Positions 14,924 to 32,911 are shown, counted from the stretch's first letter. The stretch: DNA of 64,000 nt from the human T2T-CHM13v2.0 reference genome, Homo sapiens (GCF_009914755.1 NC_060932.1), one strand, 5' to 3'. Notes: a model not told the origin generated them from the sequence alone. Translations and numbers: made by a program.

Positions 14924-16383
14924 GGTGCTTAGTGGCAACTTATGACAGGGAGAGGAGAAAGAAGGCCTGTTGTCTTTAGAAAGCACATATATTAAAGTGG
15001 AAGGAAGGAGTGAGACATTGGGGGCAACAATTCCTTCTCAAGTGAGCATGGTTGGTTATATAAATTTTACAAGTGAGAAAATGTGTCACTTTAGAAGATT
15101 CTGAGACCCTTGCCCAGATAAGAGGTAATTAAAAAGGAAAGAATCATAGACAATGCTTGTTAGAATAAAGACCATGTGAGCAGATGAGGCCTGAGAGGGA
15201 AGTCTCTGGGCTTAGGAAATCTGAAGTGGGTCCTACAAGGGAAAAGTCTTAGAAAACACGAAGCCAAGGAATAATGCCTTCTACTTTACAGTTGTACCTC
15301 TGACTAATTCTCTCCTTAATGATGGTATATAGTTCACTTAGAGACTATGTAAGCATTTTTTAAATTAAATATAACTCGTTTGAAGCAAGTTATATGAAAT
15401 GGGATTAAAATATCCACTACTAATAAAGAAGTAATATTCTCTGTTTCTAGGAAAGTTGTCCCCATAAAAAAGGGTGCAGATGCAGCCATCACTGTATTAT
15501 TAATTCATTCTATAAATATTTAATGGGTTCTTATTTGATGCCAAGTGCTGTCACAGGCCTAGGAAATTCAGTAGTAACAAAACATTATGATCACTGCCCT
15601 CATGTAGCTCCTACTTTGATGCTGGAGTTGATTTCTTGTTTTCTCAGCACTATTTGAAACCGCCACCCACTAGCACTCTTTCAGTGGGACTCTCCTCAGT
15701 CTTTGCCTTTAATCCTGGGAAACTGCTTTAGTTTGAACTTACAGGAATATAAATACTTTTTTTCCTAAATCCTGTAGATTTTAAGTGTGAAGATCATCAT
15801 ACCATCTACTGGTCCAGGTGCTACAAGGACAGGATTTCCTGATGAAAGAAATAAAAACTCACACTTTGATGTTCACAGGAGCCAGTAGGCAGAATCTAGT
15901 TTTGTAGATGAGAAGATGTTGGCAAAAAAGTCAGAGCAGGGAGCCAAGCGTTCTCTCTGTGTGTCTACAGGTCTCGAGGACTAACCTTTAAAAGCAAAAT
16001 AGTCATAAAGCCTAAAAACTAGAGTGTGGGTCTTTGCATAGTTTTTAAAGTGAACTAAGGAGGAAACAAAAAAAAAATCTGAGCCAAAGTTACATCCCAT
16101 TTGAATATTAAGCTGGCAATAAACCAGCAGAAAGGCACTCAGACCAAGGTGGGACACCAACTTGAAATAACAACTTCATAGGATATGCAGAAACTAAAGA
16201 AGCTTTTTAAAATGAACGATAAAATGTTAGGCTGAGGTCAGTAACAATGGTTGGAAATTTTCTCCAAAAGGCAAGTGACACAAATCAGGCTAACCATTGG
16301 GTCTGACTTTCTAAAGTTTTTATTAGATTTAAAATTGTAACCCAGATGTCAGCTGCAGTTGTACTTGAGCTTTTTAATACCAA

Positions 16384-16570
16384 TGTGTTAGTCTGCTTCA
16401 GTTGCTATACCAAAATACCATAGATCATGTGCTTACACAACAAAAATTTATTTTCCAACAGTTCTGGAGACTAGGATGTTTGAGATCAAGGTGCCATCTG
16501 ATTTGACTCTTTGATGAGGGCTCTCTTCCTAACGTCCAGATGGCTGCTTCCCATGTCCTTAGATGGCAGT
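16384..16570 (-). mobile_element. MLT1 (MaLR) LTR fragment
   Basis: tgtgttagtctgcttcagttgctata...cagttctggagactagg...gagatcaaggtgcca. Confidence 0.7.
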
Positions 16571-16619
16571 ATACAATGCAGTTCCACCTTCGTGTAACTT
16601 GCCAATACCATTCAGTTTT

Positions 16620-17306
16620 TTAAGAGAATCATTTGCTAGATAAAGTCTGCCTCTCAGGACCTTTCAATACCCAAAAATTTATTTACTACCTCTGTAATTG
16701 CCTACAGCTAATTCACTTTTTTCTTTCTTATAAAGAAGGTTGTATTAGTTTTTGAATTTCTATAAAGAAATACCTGAGACTGGGTAATTTATAAAGACAA
16801 AAGGTTCAATTGGTTCTACAGTTCTGCAGGCTGTATAGGAAGCATGTGCTTAGCTTGTGGGGAGGCCTCCAGGAACTTACAAGCATAGTGGAAGGTGAAG
16901 GGGAAGCAAGCATGTCTCATTGCTGGAACGCGAGGAAAGAGAGAGAGCGAGGAGTTGCTACACACAACCAGATCTTGTGAGAACTCTATCAAGAGAACAG
17001 CACTGGGGGATGGTGTTAAACCAAGAGAAACCTCCCCTATGATCCAATCACTTCCCATCAGGCCCTACTTCCAACATTGGGGATTACAATTGAACATAAG
17101 ATTTGGATGGGGACACAGATCCAAACCATATCAACTATATTGAAGCCTCACCCATGTAGCCCTTCTTTTGAGTCTCATATTTTTGAGACTCCCATGTCCA
17201 TGCGCTTGTGAAACATTTGTATGCCTGTTCTCCTATTAATCTATTGTCAGCTTATTTCAGTGGGACCTTCAGAGGGCAGAGGGGAAGTTTCCTTCTACCC
17301 CCATAG
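16620..17306 (+). mobile_element. MER34/MER39-like ERV1 LTR 3' part, interrupted by an MST LTR
   Basis: tttgtatgcctgttctcctattaatct...ccttcagagggcagaggggaagtttcc resembles the recalled MER39/MER34 3' end; similar sequence lies left of the MST. Confidence 0.55.
16741..17133 (-). mobile_element. MSTA-like MaLR solo LTR
   Basis: tgtattagt...aatacctgagactgggtaatttataaag...gggacacagatccaaaccatatca. Confidence 0.88.
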
Positions 17307-17989
17307 CAACCAGTAAGGTTAATTCACTCCCTCATCCCACTTGACTTCCAAGTCCTGTGGAAATGTAGAGCCCCTTCCAAGATCTTTGTGAATTTCACCA
17401 GGCTTAGGTTCTCAGCTTCCTCTACTCCTAAACTCCTCCCTCTGTGTGTGCCACCTCTGTTTTGCACTGAGAGAAAAATCTCAACTCTTTCTGAAGTTGC
17501 CCTAACAAACCCACTCTCACACATAACATTCATGAGCATGTTAAATTTTACTGAAGAATTTTGGAAGAGGTTTAAGGATCACATACAACAAATAAAAAAA
17601 CATTGATTTGAATACTAGTCATTTTATTCTTTAAAGGTCCTTTAGCCATTACACTTCATAGACATTTCTACTGGCTGATTTCCTGCAAGGTCCCCACTTT
17701 CAAACCTCATTCTTCATGCTCTTGTTTGCTCTTTTTCTTCTCCTTGGTTCTCTCTCTTCCTCTCAAGAACAAACTAAAGTCCTCTCCCTCTCCAGGTAGC
17801 CTACATTTGCATTTCTGCAAACTGACATTGCTCCTCACGCTTCCAGCAGTTACTCTCAGCCTCAATTGGCTCACTAAAGTATTTTCTAAAAAACAGCTCC
17901 CTATCTAGAATAATTTTGCCAAATGTGAATATACATAACATTTTGAAAGATAATATATCACTTTTATAAAATATAAAAAATAGAGCACA

Positions 17990-18894
17990 GGGGAGGAGCC
18001 AAGATGGCCGAATAGGAACAGCTCCGGTCTACAGCTCCCAGCGTGAGCGATGCAGAAGACTGGTGACTTCTGCATTTCCATCTGAGGTACCGGGTTCATC
18101 TCACTAGGGAGTGCCAGACAGTGGGTGCAGGTCAGTGGGTGCGCGCACCGTGCGCGAGCCGAAGCAGGGCGAGGCATTGCCTTACTTGGGAAGCGCAAGG
18201 GGTCAGGGAGTTCCCTTTCTGAGTCAAAGAAAGGGGTGACGGACGGCACCTGGAAAATCGGGTCACTCCCACCCGAATACTGCGCTTTTCCGACGGGCTT
18301 AAAAAACGGTGCACCACGAGATTATATCCTGCACCTGGCTCGGAGGGTCCTACGCCCACGGAGTCTCGCTGATTGCTAGCACAGCAGTCTGAGATCAAAC
18401 TGCAAGGCGGCAGCGAGGCTGGGGGAGGGGCGCCCGCCATTGCCCAGGCTTGATTAGGTAAACAAAGCAGCCAGGAAGCTCGAATTGGGTGGAGCCCACC
18501 ACAGCTCAAGGAGGCCTGCCTGCCTCTGTAGGCTCCACCTCTGGGGGCAGGGCACAGACAAACAAAAAGACAGCAGTAACCTCTGCAGACTTAAATGTCC
18601 CTGTCTGACAGCTTTGAAGAGAGCAGTGGTTCTCCCAGCATGCAGCTGGACATCTGAGAACGGGCAGACTGCCTCCTCAAGTGGGTCCCTGACCCCTGAC
18701 CCCCGAGCAGCCTAACTGGGAGGCACCCCCAGCAGGGGCACACTGACACCTCACACGGTAGGGTACTCCAACAGACCTACAGCTGAGGGTCCTCTCTGTT
18801 AGAAGGAAAACTAACAAACAGAAAGGACATCCACACCAAAAACCCATCTGTACATCACCATCATCAAAGACCAAAAGTAGATAAAACCACAAAG
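17990..18894 (+). promoter_or_regulatory. L1 5' UTR with sense and antisense promoter
   Basis: YY1 motif caagatggccg at 18000-18010; many CpGs retained. Confidence 0.8.
18132..18440 (-). CDS. L1 ORF0 (antisense), open for 102 codons
   Basis: MAGAPPPASLPPCSLISDCCASNQRDSVGVGPSEPG matches the ORF0 N-terminus; ATG at 18440; expression unknown. Confidence 0.7.
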   Translation of the reverse strand: MAGAPPPASLPPCSLISDCCASNQRDSVGVGPSEPGAGYNLVVHRFLSPSEKRSIRVGVTRFSRCRPSPLSLTQKGNSLTPCASQVRQCLALLRLAHGARTH

Positions 18895-19918
18895 ATGGGG
18901 AAAAAACAGAACAGAAAAACTGGAAACTCTAAAAAGCAGAGCACCTCCCCTCCTCCAAAGGAACGCAGTTCCTCACCAGAAACGGAACAAAGCTGGATGG
19001 AGAATGACTTTGACGAGCTGAGAGAAGAAGGCTTCAGATGATCAAATTACTCTGAGCTACGGGAGGACATTCAAACCAAAGGCAAAGAAGTTGAAAACTT
19101 TGAAAAAAATTTAGAAGAATGTATAACTAGAATAACCAATAAAGAGAAGTGCTTAAAGGAGCTGATGGAGCTGAAAACCAAGGCTCGAGAACTACGTGAA
19201 GAATGCAGAAGCCTCAGGAGCCGATGTGATCAACTGGAAGAAAGGGTATCAGTGATGGAAGCAAATGGATGAAATGAATGAAATGAAGCGAGAAGGGAAG
19301 TCTAGAGAAAAAAGAATAAAAAGAAATGAGCAAAGCCTCCAAGAAATATGGGACTATGTGAAAAGACCAAATCTACGTCTGATTGGTGTACCTGAAAGTG
19401 ATGGGGAGAATGGAACCAAGTTGGAAAACACTCTGCAGGATATTATCCACTAGAACTTCCCCAATCTAGCAAGGCAGGCCAACGTTCAGATTCAGCAAAT
19501 ACAGAGAACGCCACAAAGATACTCCTTGAGAAGAGCAACTCCAATACACATAATTGTCAGATTCACCAAAGTTGAAATGAAGGAAAAAATGTTAAGGGCA
19601 GCCAGAGAGAAAGGTCGGGTTAGCCTCAAAGGGAAGCCCATCAGACTAACAGTGGATCTCTCGGCAGAAACCCTACAAGCCAGAAGAGAGTGAGGGCCAA
19701 TATTCAACATTCTTAAAGAAAAGAATTTTCAACCCAGAATTTCATATCCAGCCAAACTAAGCTTCATAAGTGAAGGAGAAATAAAATCCTTTATAGACAA
19801 GCAAATGCTGAGAGATTTTGTCACCACCAGGCCTGCCTTACAAGAGCTCCTGAGGGAAGCACTAAACATGGGAAGGAACAACCGGTACCAGCCACTGCAA
19901 AATCATGCCAAAATGTAA
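18895..19918 (+). pseudogene. L1 ORF1p, disrupted
   Basis: ATG 18895 (MGKKQNRK); TGA at 19039-19041 (codon 49), 7-bp insertion near 19261, further stop at 19451. Confidence 0.92.
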
Positions 19919-19966
19919 AGACCATCGAGACTAGGAAGAAACTGCATCAACTAATGAGCAAAATAA

Positions 19967-23807
<3,841 letters not shown>

Positions 23808-26430
23808 ACAATGAGATCACATGGACACAGGAAGGGGAATATCACACTCTGGGGACTGTTGTGGGGTGCGGGGAGGGGGAGGGATACCATCGGGAGATAT
23901 ACCTAATGCTAGATGACGAGTTAGTGGGTGCAGCGCACCAGCATGGCACATGTATACATATGTAACTAACCTGCACAATGTGCACATGTACCCTAAAATT
24001 TAAAGTATAATAAAAAAAAAAATAGAGCACAAAGAAAAATGAAGATCGTCTCTGATCTTACCATTCCTAAAGAGGCTAACATTTAGCCTGCCTGCATGTT
24101 TTATTCTTTTCCCTCTATAATTTATTTAGCACATTTATATATGTAGATATTACAAGAAAATGGAACACTAGTTAACAATTAACTGACAATTTGTTTTAGT
24201 AATTTAAATTTAACAGAATTTTTTAATGCTATAAAAATAGTTTTCTACTTCATTTATAATGTCTACTTAGTATTTAACTATCAGAATACAGTGTACTTTA
24301 TTGGTTCTCTACTATTGACCATGCATGTTTGTTTCTAAATTTTTGCTAAAAGAAACAACATTTTGAAACACATTCTCAAGTGTATACCTTTGCTCCACAT
24401 ATATCCACAGTCATTTTTAAAGATAAACTCCCAGAAGTGAGATAGCTATAGCAAAGTATGTGTTGCTGCCTTTAAACTGTGCTGCTAAGGCCTTTTCAGG
24501 CATTACAGCCAGAGATAACCCACCTTATGTTTAATAGGGCCAGGTCCTCTAAGCAGAAAGGGACTCCAGTGGGTCCCCGGCATAGTGAATCTCAGCCAAG
24601 AGTTATTTATTGTGGTCAAAAAGAGGTTAGAATTTCAAAGTGAATCCTGTTTTTTGGTGACCTAGGGACAGGGACAAAGCATTTTTTTTCATGCATGTCT
24701 GCTACTCACAATGTATATAAATTCTCATGGACACATATATTGCTACTTCCACCCCATTTTCAAAAGGCACACACTCATACACCCACACAATGTTTCACAT
24801 TGGACACCATAGTGCATACAGAAGATGGAGCTGTTGCTTTCAAGCCATTTGGAGAGCTCTTTTAAAGTTTAATTTTTGTTTAAAATTCCTTTTGCTTTCT
24901 TTAAAATTTTGAAGTGTGTAAAAATCACCCTTTCTTCCAGTGACAAATTTCAAAGTGAATTTATACACAGAAATGTGGAGAGGTGTTTGTGTGAAGTGGT
25001 ACTAGACAATTGTTATCATTGCAGTATCTGTAAGTATCCTCTCAGATGAGTAAAATATTCCCTGTTGTGTCAAGTGCCTCATAGTTGCATTACATCCTCC
25101 CTCCCATTAAAGGACCACTTAGTACAATAGGGCGCAATTAAGTCAATAGAGCCTTGGTGGTCTGAAAGGTAGTTCTCTTCCAAAGTGCTTCATTTACTCC
25201 TCTGTGTTAATAATGGATGGTTTTCCCATATTATGCTATCATGGGTTACCCAGTTGTAAGAAAATACTTTAGGCCTAGACTAAATGGGACAGAAATTCTT
25301 ACATTTCATCAGCATATTCTCAATTCTAGTTTTCTGCAAACATAGCATTCATTTTTCTTACTCTTTTCTAAGGACAAATATAACAATTTTACCCTTATGT
25401 AGTATATTCTAATATTTTCTGGGAAAATGATTTCTGCATCTTCCCCTGACTGTATTTTGTTGCTCTCTCCTGTGTTTTGTCTTTCAGCTTGAATCATAAA
25501 TTCATATAGAAGTGGCTATCTCTACCTTAAATACAGCTCTAATGTATTGTTGATGCTCAGATATATTAAATAATGATTATAACAATAAAAGTTTAGTCCC
25601 ATAGAAACATTATTAAATTTTCCTCTCCCTTAGATTACATGTCAACCTCCTGGTAATACATGGTAGCTGGATGATTTACGTGTTCTCAAAATTTTAAAAT
25701 ATTTCTGTGACTGTATAGCTGCTTTTTTTTTTTTTGGTGGAGATAGGTTAGTTTTTCAGTTCTTTCTTACTCTACACATTTAATTTCTTCATTTTTTTCT
25801 ACCTAAAGACTAATATGAAATACTTTAATATTTTAGCCATTTTCAGTAAGTTGTATACCCCTATTGGTTTATTAGGTTTATTTTTTCCTCAATTATCTTT
25901 TCCTTAAGATCATTTATAAAATTCCATCTTGTTGCTTTATCCTGATGGCTAGCATTTTATCTTGCTTTATCTTTTCCCTTTAAGTTTCCATTAATGCTAT
26001 GTATTCTTGTTTTTCTCTTTTTTTAATTTATTTCCAGGACCTTTAAATCACAGTCTTTGGTTTACTTTTCTTGACTTCCTATTAATGGTTTCTTTTTGCT
26101 TTGTACTATTAATAGAAATTGTGTGTAGTCCTTTTAAATTTTTACACTTAACGATATAATTCAGGATGATTTAGTCATTTCCCAAACTCTTGTCTTTAAT
26201 ATAACCTGTTTGTGAATTGCTCAATTTGTTCGTGCTTTTTCTTTAATTTACATAGTAGAACACCTTTAAGCTATAAAAGAAGTAATTTGATTCTCTTCAT
26301 TTCTCCCTTACTAGGCTCCGAACCCAGGACAAACTTTTGGGAAGTGAACAGAATTATTTCCCAGAAATTCCGGCTCAGAATGTCCACGTGTCCACTCACA
26401 CATAGGAATGTTAGGTGTTTGAAGGAGCTT

Positions 26431-26590
26431 GCTCCTTCAAATGTGGGCCCTGGACCAGCATCTCTGGCATCAGCCAGAAACTGATTTGAAATGCAGAATC
26501 TCTGCTTCCACCTCAGACCCTGGATCAGGATTTGCATTTGAAGGGTTCCCCAGATGACCCTAACTTACATTCCAGTTTGAGAAGCCCTTC
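26431..26590. mobile_element. MER5A-like hAT-Charlie MITE
   Basis: ccctggaccagca...gaaatgcagaatctc...tgcattt...ccccagatga...agtttgagaagc. Confidence 0.8.
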
Positions 26591-26785
26591 TCTAAGGTTT
26601 TCCTGTGGTTCACTTTTAGGAGAGCTCCCTGGGGAATTGAAATAATTCTACCCTTAACTTGGGGGCTGAACATGGGCCAAATGTTCAATGGCTGGATATT
26701 GAAATAAACATTTGGCTGAAGCCAAAATTGAAGCCAAATATCATCAGTGTAGAAAGTCTGTGACACAAAAATACATCTGAGATTT

Positions 26786-27515
26786 TGTAACTGCCCAGTG
26801 GGTTCACCTTGCCCGCTGCCTAGACAGAACCGATTTATCAAGACAGGGGAATTGCAATGGAGAAAGAGTAATTCATGCAGAGCCATCTGTGTGGGAGACG
26901 GGAGTTTTATTATTACTCAAATCAGTCTTCTGAGCATTTGGAGATCATAGTTTTTAAAGATAATTTGGCAGGTAGGAGCTTGGGAAGTGGGGAGTGCTGA
27001 TTGGTCAGGTTGGGGATGGAATCATAGCAGATAGAAGTTAGGTTTTCTTAATATGTTCTGTTCCTGGGTGTGACAGCAGAACTGGTTGGGCCAGATTACC
27101 AGTCTGGGTGGTGTCAGCTGATCCATCGAGTACAGGGTCTGCAAAGTATCTCAAGCACTGATTTTAGGTTTTACAATAGTGATATTATCCCCAAGAGCAA
27201 TCTGGGGAGGTTTAGACTCTTGGAGCCAGAGGCTGCATGACCCCTTAATTGTAATTTCTGATCTTTTAGCTGATTTGTTAGTCCTGCAAAGGCAGACTGG
27301 ACCCCAGGCAAGAAGGGGGTCTTTTTGGTAAAGGGCTGTTACCAATTTTGTTTCAGAGTCAAACCATGAACTGAATTCCTTCCCAAAGTTAGTTCGACCT
27401 ACCCCCAGGAATGAACAAGGACAGCTTAAGGGTTAGAAGGAAGACAGAGTTAATTTGGCCTGATTTCTTTCACTGTCATAATTTCCTCAGTTATAATTTT
27501 GCAAAGGTGGTTTCA
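26786..27515 (-). mobile_element. LTR8/LTR8A ERV1 solo LTR
   Basis: tgtaactgcccagtgggttcaccttgccc...ttttgcaaaggtggtttca; 4-bp TSD ATTT (26782-26785 / 27516-27519). Confidence 0.9.
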
Positions 27516-28665
27516 ATTTTACCAAAACTTAGAATATATACATTTATTAATTATTTACGTTTGAAGATTCAAATTTGTATAATTTTACCTTGTGACTTAG
27601 AAACAATAATTTTTCAGCACTGCTGGCTTCTAGATGGCTCCTGTAGGTACTTTACTACATATTTGTACAGTAAATAGATGCTCCCTTTTTACTGATACCA
27701 TTGGAGAAGCAAGATATGAATCTCGAAATACTTATGGCCTAAATATAATTAAATATCTCAAATTATCGGCCATTTTTTAAGGTTATATGCTTTAATGTCA
27801 GGAATGCTAGCACATAAATAATTTTACAAATATTAGAATTATAATTTTATCAACTATTGGTTGTTTTGCTTTATATCATTATTTAAATTTTTAGAAAAAC
27901 TATTGACTCAAAAATTATATAATATGCCTCCCAGGGTTACCTAACTCATTCTTTTCAATATTTTTACTGTCTCTTTAACTACTAATTTCACTTCTGAAAA
28001 TAAAGAAAAAAATAGTTTCACTTAAAAGTAACGGGAATCAAAGTGCTCATTAATTATTTTACTCTGGCAAAAATATTTACACAATTATGTTTCAAAAAAT
28101 TGATGGAATCTCAACATACAAAGACAGAATTTCATCACAAAGTACATACTGAACTTTTTTTATGTATGAAATTTTAATATTCAGATATTAATACAAATCT
28201 GAAAAACATACTTTATGCTCATAATGGCTCAGTTACTCTTTTGTAAGATGGTAACATACTGTAATCACATTGTCATTTGTCATGCACAATTTCTGAGTTA
28301 CTAGAGGTGATACTGAAGTATGCATTTGTCGTATGAGGAAACTATCAAGTCAATTTAGGCTGAATAATAGGCTAAAGCCAAACTTGTCTGTTTTTTTCCA
28401 TTCATGAATAGCTGCAGTTTTCTATTGTGCCTACTAGAGAATTTTTAGCATTACCAATGGTAAAATTTTGCCATTGTAATTTTTATGACAAATAATTTTG
28501 TCATATATGTTAACATGGGTGTTAGCTTTAAAATGTATAAAATTTTACTCACTTTGATTTTGAAAACAAAGAGAATTGAAAATATTTTCCTCAATAAAAC
28601 TATATATAAAATTTTTAAAAAAATATTTTCCCTTCTACTTTTGTTAATTAAGAAATATAAATATG

Positions 28666-28913
<248 letters not shown>

Positions 28914-28981
28914 TCACTTGCAATTAAAAAGTTTTCATGTGGTGTTACAGAACCAGCTCAAATACCAGATGATAGTTAGTG

Positions 28982-29320
28982 GTATTGATAGTTATTTTTC
29001 TTGATATTGATGATGAGACAGGAGCTTCTGAATAACTATAGTAAAATAGTCTTTTCCACCTCAAAATTCATTTTAACAAATTATATTATTTTAGTTAATC
29101 TCTTATTAACTTCTAATTTTATTGAATTATTTTTAAAGAAAGCTACCTTTTAAAAATCTGTCAAGCTTTATGATGTCTCTAAATTAGGCATATAAAGGAA
29201 ATGTATATTCTGTACACAAGGGATATATCTATTAAATCAAGTATTATTCACTAGCTATTCTATGACCTTACTTATATTTTGCCTATCGGAGCTGTGAAAT
29301 TCTGAGGTATACCTAAGTTT
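28982..29320 (+). repeat. Direct duplication, copy A
   Basis: Aligns end to end with 31315-31645; 32-bp identical block 29145-29176. Confidence 0.92.
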
Positions 29321-30932
29321 ATCTTAAGCGGCATCTATTCGTTTATGCATATGTTCTTTTCATGTTGGCACTGGATACCTTTACTTTGGTCCTTTTCAAA
29401 ATTCCTAGCATACTGACCTTTTAAAAAAATCTGAAGTTCAATGATTCTTGAAATTATCTTTAATCTTATAGAAAACCTCTGAATCATTAAAAAGAATATT
29501 ACTTGATTTTTGTAAAATTAAATTTATTTCATTTTATCAAATTTCCACGGACATATTCCAAATGCTACTTTTGAATTCTAGGACCTGAGCATTTAGGAAA
29601 TATACAAATTTCTTATATTTCTTGACAACTCTACTACTCCTCTGAGAAGAATCTGTATTTGTCATTTCTATTACTATCATAACTCTGATGGTTAATGTGT
29701 CCACCAGTAGACAACAAGGAGCAATAATAAAGTTCAAGGTCAATGTTTAGTAATTATCCCTAAACTAGCTAATTAACTAAATCTCTGAGGAAAAATGTTA
29801 TAGATTTCTGTGACAAATAAAGTGGGATTCTAAGTGTTGATTTCACAGATTCAAGAAAAATTCATCTATCTATACAAATTGCCAAGTATCTACAGCAATC
29901 TGATCAATATATTGATAAAGAAGAATATTTAACTACCAGGTGGCTATTAACTATAATGCCAATAATACTGGCTACCTAATGAGCAAAAAAAGGAAAAGAA
30001 AATTGCTTTAATTTTATTATAAAAAGAGATATTTGCATTGGGGGTTTGGAAGGAATAGATAAGTTAAGGCTTTGCCAGTAGTAGGCATTGTGAAGTTGAA
30101 ATGAAAAGCAGAAAGTAGTGGGTCTTAAGCAATAGGGGCATTAGATACTCAAGGTTTGTCCGGGGACAGATAAAGTGGTACATAGTTTCTTATGTAATGA
30201 AGAATAGTAGGCAGAAGAATATAGGTTGTATTCCAAACTTGTAGTGCATTGACTGAGTGTTGAGAAGATACTAAAGAATGACTTTGTTTTACATTATTAG
30301 ATAAGCTTTGATAGCATAGGGATGATTATGATATAAATCTATTGATTGGTGTTTATTCATAGAAGTATATTGTAGAAGTCAACATGTATACCAAAAACTA
30401 CCAGTGCTAGGTGAAATGAAATCATAAAGTACTGTATTTTCCAAGTTACACCAATAGCTTTCCTAAGTTATCTTGTCCATTTTTTTAATGTATACAAGGT
30501 GATCAAATTTATATTGATCCTTTCCATCACACTAGCATGAACTGTATTCCAGTTTGTACTGGTTAAGTGATTGAATTGGTGAGTTTTAGTTTGTTTAGAA
30601 AAATGTGATTTATATATTTAATAAGGTCCTATAATATTTTTCCTGATACGTTATTATCATTTTCTCTGGTATAATCCTATGCAGTGATTCCCTTGGCATC
30701 TATTTCAATAAACATATTTTTAAATTTGGCCAGGGTCATAAATACTGCTTCCAGTCATTTCATTCTCATTATTAATTAATACTTAATTCTGTTGATGTTC
30801 CTTTCATAGATAAGGAAAAGCAGGACAATGAAAAAGGGTCCATGGATGGTCTGAGTGTGCTCACAAATCTTTGTACAGAAAAGGCCCTGAGATTCCTACC
30901 TTGTTAAGCAAAGGGGCTGTATCACTACATGG

Positions 30933-31065
30933 TAGGGTGACTATAAAATTTATTGTCCAAACTGAGACACTTTTGAAAGTAAAAGAGAGTACTATTAATA
31001 ATTACACCTGGACAACAGACATAAACCACAACTGTCCTGGCAAACCAGGACGTATGGTCATCCTA
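30933..31065. mobile_element. MER94-like hAT-Blackjack MITE
   Basis: TIRs tagggtgactata / tatggtcatccta; 8-bp TSD ctacatgg / ttacatgg. Confidence 0.85.
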
Positions 31066-31314
31066 TTACATGGTGACAGTACAATGATGTATGGACAGGA
31101 TCTTTCAAGCCTAGAATGTAACTTGGTTTGAGATATTTTTCTGAGCTGAATTCCCTCACATTGTCTATGTATAAGTTCTGCTTCCTTTTAGCTAGGCTAT
31201 CATAAGAGTTTATATGGAAATAAACTACTTATCTCCTCATTTTGAAAAAAATACAAGCTTTCATCTAACCTGGACGTTTATGTAGAGAATAATTTGAAGA
31301 TGGGATGTTGGATA

Positions 31315-31645
31315 GTATTGATAGTTATTTTTTTGATATTGATGATGAGACAAGAGTTTAGAAGAGCTATGGTATAAAAGTCTTTTCCTCCCCAGAGTTC
31401 ATTTTAACAAATTCTCAATATTATTTTAGTTAATCTTTTGTTAACTTCTAATTTTACTGAATTATTTTAAAAGAAAGCCACCTTTTAAAAATCTGTCAAG
31501 CTTTATGATGTGGCTAAATTAAGCATATAAAAACGTATATTCTCTATACAGGGAATATATCTATTAAATATACTACTATTGAGTTATTTTAAGACCTTAT
31601 ATTTTATCTATTAGAGCTGTTAAATTCTGAGATATACTTAAGTTT
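31315..31645 (+). repeat. Direct duplication, copy B
   Basis: Aligns with 28982-29320; 32-bp identical block 31480-31511. Confidence 0.92.
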
Positions 31646-31743
31646 CATACTCTAATTTAGTCAAAACTTTATTGCAGTTTCAGTAGTTTTTGTTTTATAT
31701 CCCTAAACTACCATATTGTTGATTTATAACATATTATTAATGA

Positions 31744-31767
31744 GTGTGTGTGTGTGTGTGTGTGTGT
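31744..31767. repeat. (GT)12 microsatellite
   Basis: Read directly. Confidence 0.95.
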
Positions 31768-32514
31768 TTAAGGCTGTTTATATTTTTTATGAATTGTGAT
31801 TTTTATCATTAAATCATTATATTGTCTATCCTTGTTGGTGCTTTTAATGCAATTATCCATCTCACCATATATCCATTCTTGCTTTCCTTTTACTTGCATT
31901 TGCCTGGTACCTCTGTTTATCCTGTTATTTCCAACCTTAAAAAAAATTGCTCTGTTTTCATTGTGTTTATCAGTTAGAAAGGAAAAGCTATGTTCCACTA
32001 ACAAATTAGCCCTGACATTTAAAAGGCTTAGAGAAACAAAGTTTATTTTTGGTTCTCACTAAAGGCCAATTAGGTTTTTTTGTTGTTGTTTTGTTTTGTT
32101 TTAACTTGAAAACTCAGCTGCCCTCCATTTGTACCCTCAATAATCCAGGCAGCTTCAATCTTGAAGTTCTGCCATCTCAACCTGTGGTGTTAGGGTTCAC
32201 TGTGGCAGGGGAAGAGGAAGCTGGGACATGTGCTTCCCTCTTAAATTATTTGTTTCACAGACCATTTTCTAAAACCAGTCATGTGACATATTTACCAACT
32301 AGAGTCTTCTGCACACCCAAGAAGGGGAGAATCTAATAATAGTGAATGATTTTAATGTTTACAATAATGTATTTCTTGCAAATAAGGTACAGTGTTTTAA
32401 AAGTTGAATCTTACGATCTCTATGTTTTATGAAGTGTTCATTCTGTTTACATTTAGTAGAGTGAATGATATACTTGATTTTACTAAGCATTTTTGTTTCT
32501 TTTTTGCTTTACTT

Positions 32515-32731
<217 letters not shown>

Positions 32732-32911
32732 TCATTTACTTTATATTACTTGATAATCAAGTTGTGATTTTTCCTTCCAGAGCTTCTATTTTTATTTTCC
32801 ATTCTATTAGTCTTTACATTTCCCTTTTCCTGATTTTATATGTAATCAGATGCATGTATTTCTGCTAATATCTGGAAGCAAGATACCAACTTGCTCTTTC
32901 ATATTACTTAG

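Noticed and set aside
28450-28510. Adjacent short palindromes (aatggtaaaa/ttttgccatt; atgacaaa/tttgtcat)
   Set aside because: Short, imperfect and in very AT-rich DNA; expected by chance
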